A stretch of DNA of 64,000 nt, from the NCBI GenBank assembly GCA_963799845.1, contig CAWCYI010000004.1, positions 960,001-1,024,000 of the forward strand. Direction: 5' to 3'. The DNA is from an uncultured Nitrososphaerota archaeon. Lineage in GTDB: Archaea; Thermoproteota; Nitrososphaeria; Nitrososphaerales; CADDZS01. The notes below the pieces were generated by a model. It was given only the letters and a program-made list of their open reading frames with translations, was not told the DNA's origin and did no database searches. Position 1 is the first letter of the stretch. Every line of letters starts with the position of its first letter. Position numbers and translations under genes: made by a program. Shown one piece after another: positions 59,640 to 64,000 of the stretch.

Positions 59640-60116
59640 TTATCTGACAGTATTCTCAAGCTCTTGTCCTTCGTCGACCCTGAGCTGGCAGAAGCTGTAG
59701 AGAGCATCATAGAGCGGAAACTGAAGATTCATGTTTTCTTTGTCGTCTGGCGCGATCATCCTGAACCCGGTCGCAGCCGCTTCGAGTCCCGCAGATTCGG
59801 GAGCCGAATCAGTTGGCCCGGTTACTCTGGCATCCGCACCCCTGACTATTTTTGCAAGCTCCAGCAGAGGTTTATCTTTCAAATTGTACTTTTTTATTAG
59901 CGCGTCGAAGGTCACATGCTCCATGCCGTTGTCAAAATAATGAGACAATTCGACTCCCGGAACGTCGAAGGGAATCGCTCCCTCGTTCTTCGCAATCTCC
60001 AGGACTTTTTCCTTCGGGGCGAAGATGAATTGAGCATCCTTGTCTATGAATTTCCTGATCAGCCACGGACAGGCAATACGGTCAACCTTCGCTTTCTCTC
60101 TGGTAACCCATCTCAT
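59640..60116 (-). CDS. chrB: Chromate resistance protein ChrB (stand-alone C-terminal domain type)
   Basis: Motifs WVTREKAKVDRIACPWLIRKFID, PFD, IVRGAD, APESAGL and YDALY. Confidence 0.88.
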   Translation of the reverse strand: MRWVTREKAKVDRIACPWLIRKFIDKDAQFIFAPKEKVLEIAKNEGAIPFDVPGVELSHYFDNGMEHVTFDALIKKYNLKDKPLLELAKIVRGADARVTGPTDSAPESAGLEAAATGFRMIAPDDKENMNLQFPLYDALYSFCQLRVDEGQELENTVR

Positions 60117-60217
60117 CGTCGAATAAACCTAGTGCGCTCGGTCTAAGCGGCTGTTCTCATAAGATTATTGAAAGAGTTCTAATCCTGAGTAGGCATTCCA
60201 GTCATCGAGTCTGGTAA

Positions 60218-60541
60218 TCAGAGTTCAATCATCAAGATGATGGTTGCATTTTCTTTCACGACCGAGCCGCCTTGGGAAACACTGGAGTACACCGAATCTT
60301 CATTCACAAAGAAGACGAAGCCAACGTCGTCACACCATTGTTTTGAATCAGAAACAATTCGTTTCATATCGTCAGGCTGAACGTCTTTGAAAGAAATCAG
60401 GACCGTATCTGGATCGAGATCTTGAGCTGGAGTATCGACTTTCAGATCTCCCTTTTCAATTAGATGTTTCAGAAGATCAACAGCTTGCGCATCAGATTCT
60501 CTCGGTTGAACAATAATGTAGATCGATGTCAATTTGATCAA
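60218..60541 (-). CDS. Hypothetical acidic protein
   Basis: 107-aa ORF with an alternating alpha/beta pattern. Confidence 0.5.
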   Translation of the reverse strand: MIKLTSIYIIVQPRESDAQAVDLLKHLIEKGDLKVDTPAQDLDPDTVLISFKDVQPDDMKRIVSDSKQWCDDVGFVFFVNEDSVYSSVSQGGSVVKENATIILMIEL

Positions 60542-60822
60542 TTGGGTAATTCAGTCCTCATTTACGCTTTTCATCCAAGAAAAATTTGGATAGGTCTCGA
60601 CAAGCGCAATTCGAACTCTCAATCGCTTCTTGTTCAGCTTCAAAAAAAAGCTCAGATGCGATTTGCTCGCAAGCTTGGTCCAGGCATCGATTCCTTGACA
60701 TTACATCGCAACAATGATCGGATTGATAGAGGGTTGATGGGAGTTTGCCCAGATTCTCAGAGATGATAAACGTCTCCCCAATTTAATATCGTCTTTCGAG
60801 TAAAATAGTACGTGAAAAAGTT

Positions 60823-62616
60823 ATGACGCAAGATAATAATCATTCTAATGAATCACCATCCAAGAACGGCAAAGGAGTCTCGAGAAGACAATTTCTCGTT
60901 GGCGCCGGAGCCGGCCTGGTAGTCGGAGCTGCGGTCGGTGCGGGGATCGGATCCCTAGGTTTCCCTCAAACCATTACAAAGAACCAGACTGAGACGACGA
61001 CGCAGACGACTGAGGTGCAGCCTTGGATTCCCGCGAGCTGGGATCAAACGGCTGACGTCGTGGTGCTCGGATATGGAGGCGCTGGCGCGATAACCGCAAT
61101 TACAGCGCATGATGCTGGGGCAAACGTGCTGATCTTGGAGAAGACTCCGAGTCTTGCCTCGCTCGCTGTTGCTGGCGCAAATATTTCCGGCGGTGGTGGT
61201 AACACTCACATAAATGGAGGACTCGTGGTCATTCCGGTTGACGCTACTAACGGGGCTACCGATGCTTACTCCCTTTGCTGGGGTACCACGCCCATGCCGG
61301 TTTGCCAAGCTTGGGCAAATGGCGCCGTCAACATCCCAGCCTACCTTGACGGATTGGGTCTTACTTACACTACGGCGCAGAATGCCGCTGAGCTCCCGAA
61401 TCTTCCCGGAGCTTCAACGATAACCGCGGCGACGATTAGCGGTGGAGGCACCGCTCTGTTCCATGCCCTCGATCAGGCTGTCCAGAGCAGGAAAATTAAC
61501 GTTCTTTTCAATACCCCAGCTACTGGTTTGATTCAAGATCCGGTCTCGAAAGAGATTCTGGGGGTCACTGCAATATCTAATCCCCCTCCCTCGACATCTT
61601 CGACATCATGGTGGACGGAGCCCGTAAGCGGAGGCACGGTAATTAACGTCAAGGCGAACAAGGCAATCGTTCTTTGCACTGGCGGGTTCGAATACGATGA
61701 CCAGATGAAGGCAAGTTATCTCAAAATGTATCCGGTCCATTTCTATGGCTGGCAGTACAACACTGGAGATGGGCTGCGTATGGCCACAAGAGCTGGTGCT
61801 AGTCTCTGGCACCTGAACATGTTCTCCGGGAGGTGCGTGCCGTGGTTTCCAGATCACGATATGGCGTATGGCTATTTCATTAACGCCGCCGGGACCCCGA
61901 TGATACTGGTTGACAAACACGGCAACCGTTATGCAGACGAAAGCTCAACGGCCGCCGGGCATAACTGGTGGGTGCTGCTCGATGATTTCGACATCAAAGT
62001 TCCAGAGTATACTCGCATCCCGACATTCATGATTTTTGATGGAGCAAGATTGAAGGCAGGTCCCATCAGTAGCTATGGAGGCGTCGCTTTACCGACCCAG
62101 CTTGGAGGTCTCACATGGAGCTCCGACAACAGTGCCGAGATTTCAAAGGGATGGATACTACAGGGCAGTACACCCGCAGATCTTGCTGCAGCTATAAACA
62201 GCACCACATTCGTAGGTTGGAATACCGACGATTCGGTACAAGTTCCGGAAGGCATCAACGTAAACATAGACGCGACAGAGTTGACAACAACCATTACCAA
62301 TTACAACAACTACTGTGCTGCCGCAAGCGATCCCGACTTTGGGAGAAATCCCAAGACATTGCTACCGTTTCAAACTCCACCATTTTATGCACTCGCGCTT
62401 TGGCCCGGAGGCCCTAATTCACAGGGAGGCCCCGTCAGAAACGAAAACGCGCAAGTCCTCGACACCGCAGGCAACCCCATCCCTCGCTTGTACAGTTGCG
62501 GCGAGCTGGGTTCCATGTGGGCCCTTTATCCGACGGGCGGGGGTAACAACAGCGAGCTTATCGTATTCGGCCAAATTGCCGGCAAGAATGCGGCAGCGGA
62601 GACCTCACAGTCTTGA
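60823..62616 (+). CDS. Tat-exported FAD-binding oxidoreductase (fumarate reductase flavoprotein/3-ketosteroid dehydrogenase superfamily)
   Basis: SRRQFL twin-arginine signal, DVVVLGYGGAG, LCTGGF, NTGDG, DPDFGR, QGGP and PIPRLYSCGE. Confidence 0.9.
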   Translation: MTQDNNHSNESPSKNGKGVSRRQFLVGAGAGLVVGAAVGAGIGSLGFPQTITKNQTETTTQTTEVQPWIPASWDQTADVVVLGYGGAGAITAITAHDAGANVLILEKTPSLASLAVAGANISGGGGNTHINGGLVVIPVDATNGATDAYSLCWGTTPMPVCQAWANGAVNIPAYLDGLGLTYTTAQNAAELPNLPGASTITAATISGGGTALFHALDQAVQSRKINVLFNTPATGLIQDPVSKEILGVTAISNPPPSTSSTSWWTEPVSGGTVINVKANKAIVLCTGGFEYDDQMKASYLKMYPVHFYGWQYNTGDGLRMATRAGASLWHLNMFSGRCVPWFPDHDMAYGYFINAAGTPMILVDKHGNRYADESSTAAGHNWWVLLDDFDIKVPEYTRIPTFMIFDGARLKAGPISSYGGVALPTQLGGLTWSSDNSAEISKGWILQGSTPADLAAAINSTTFVGWNTDDSVQVPEGINVNIDATELTTTITNYNNYCAAASDPDFGRNPKTLLPFQTPPFYALALWPGGPNSQGGPVRNENAQVLDTAGNPIPRLYSCGELGSMWALYPTGGGNNSELIVFGQIAGKNAAAETSQS

Positions 62617-62656
62617 ATGGTAAAGACTGCTCGGGCAGAAGGGAGATAACCGCAAA

Positions 62657-63587
62657 ATGTCAACCAAAGGATTTTCATTCTTTTTCAGGCGTTCATTAGC
62701 TGTTTGCTTAGCCCTAATTTTTCTGGCCAATCTAATCCTGTTTGTGCCTGCAAGTGAAGCAGCGACAACTATCACCGTGTACCAATCCCAGCATCCGGTA
62801 GTACTTGACGGCATTGTACAGCCCGGTGAATGGACCGACACGCCAATCATTACCGATTCCGGTTCCGGGTTAACTTACGCGTTCAAGCAGAACGGAACCG
62901 GGCTGCTTTTCCTGATGATTTGGAGCGAACCGACTCCCTGTCCAACGTGCTTTGGCGGGATTGAACTTGGCCATCTCAACAACACGGCGCCGATGGGAAG
63001 TTCATCAACTCCTACCATCATGATTCTTTCAAGTCCGTCGTTCAAAGGCAACGTCGATGAATTTATCTCGACGGGAGAATTCACGCCGACTTCGGTCGAG
63101 CAGGACGGTTACAAAACGCAATCCACATGCGGGGTCACTTACGCAAACGGCCAGTATACCGCAGAGTGCTATCGTCCGTTCAAGCTAACGGATGCATCGC
63201 CATATGACTTTCCGAATCTAACCGTTGGGTCTACTATCGAAATCGCGTTCGCAGTTGGACTCTTCAATCAACCAGGAAATCATCTGGCTACAGATATGTC
63301 AACATACGTCCTGACAATAACAAACCAGACTTATACGTCCACCGCGACGAGTACTTCCTCTCAGCTCCACATCATCAAGCCAAGTCTCAACTTCTACAAG
63401 CTCAAGTGGATCATTTTCTCCGACATCTACGTCCTCCAATAGTTCAACGTCGGTTTCAACATCAACGCAATCATCATCGGTGTCCACGACAGCGCAGGCG
63501 AATTACTACGCCGAGGAACTTCTAGTAATCATGGTGGGATTCAGTGTACTTACCATAATTGTGCTCATAAGATACGAAGGAAGTTGA
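62657..63587 (+). CDS. Secreted DOMON-like (putative heme b) protein with S/T linker and C-terminal TM anchor (frameshift at 63362)
   Basis: Signal peptide, LDG..QPGEW, G...PMGS, ECYRPF and IAFAVG...NH. Removing one C restores an S/T linker and the anchor LLVIMVGFSVLTIIVLIR. Confidence 0.7.
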
Positions 63588-63595
63588 GAACATAA

Positions 63596-64000
63596 ATGAT
63601 CGAAGTCTTCGGGATACCTATTTCGGTTGTACACGGTCTCTTCGTGGAGTTACATACCGGAGTCGCAGTCTTCGCATTTCTTGCACTGGTGGCGATGCTT
63701 CTGACAGACCTATCTTTGAGAGGAAAGCCTGCGACCACAAGTGTAGAGATCATCAGACGTGATGCCGACGCTATCGCCTATATCGGCGCCATCGTCGCCG
63801 TTTTCTTTCTCATTTTGTCCGGAATAACTGGATATCTGATCGAGCCGTATTCGACAATGGCTACTACTCCACTGCTCTTGAACAAAAGCCTGACCGCTCT
63901 CAGCTGCTCTCTACTTCTGGGCTGCCTATGCTTTCGTAAGATACTGGTGTGGGCCTGGATTGTGGCGAAAGGCAGGATTGTACGCGCTTGCATTCATCAC
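63596..64000 (+). CDS. Multi-pass membrane protein with His residues in the first helix (DUF2231/cytochrome b-like), runs off the window
   Basis: MIEVFGIPISVVHGLFVELHTGVAVFAFL...LILSGITGY...NKSLTAL. The start lies 8 nt after the DOMON gene stop. Confidence 0.7.
   Translation, partial: MIEVFGIPISVVHGLFVELHTGVAVFAFLALVAMLLTDLSLRGKPATTSVEIIRRDADAIAYIGAIVAVFFLILSGITGYLIEPYSTMATTPLLLNKSLTALSCSLLLGCLCFRKILVWAWIVAKGRIVRACIHH

Noticed and set aside
1-64000. CRISPR array, tRNA/rRNA, integrase or transposase
   Set aside because: By eye I found no regularly spaced repeats, cloverleaf or rRNA-like segments, or recombinase motifs. A covariance-model search was not possible.

Overview
Archaeal chromosomal DNA of roughly 48% GC (estimated by eye). 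Class III signal-peptide pilins, an Nre repair protein with a PIP box, TATA-type promoters and F420-type oxidoreductases suggest a TACK archaeon, plausibly a heterotrophic Nitrososphaerota; this assignment is an inference. The window holds about 60 accessory and metabolic genes and no tRNA, rRNA, CRISPR array or transposase that I can see. Contents include two tandem type IV pilins, aguB-aguA, nreA, transporters (MFS, ABC-2, a sulfonate-type ABC and two orphan family-5 binding proteins), four luciferase-like oxidoreductases, a VapBC pair, a long bactofilin-like protein, ChrB and peptidases. The best candidates for undescribed systems are (1) a Tat-exported flavoprotein + membrane-anchored DOMON heme protein + His-bearing membrane protein operon at 60.8-64 kb and (2) a duplicated class III adenylate cyclase-TPR pair enclosing a cupin and a DinB gene at 30.8-35.9 kb. 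About 13 genes have broken frames. Up to 8 breaks lie on TCAGCT/AGCTGA and most are repaired by restoring TAGCT/AGCTA, which probably reflects a base-calling footprint of AGCT methylation rather than real pseudogenes.
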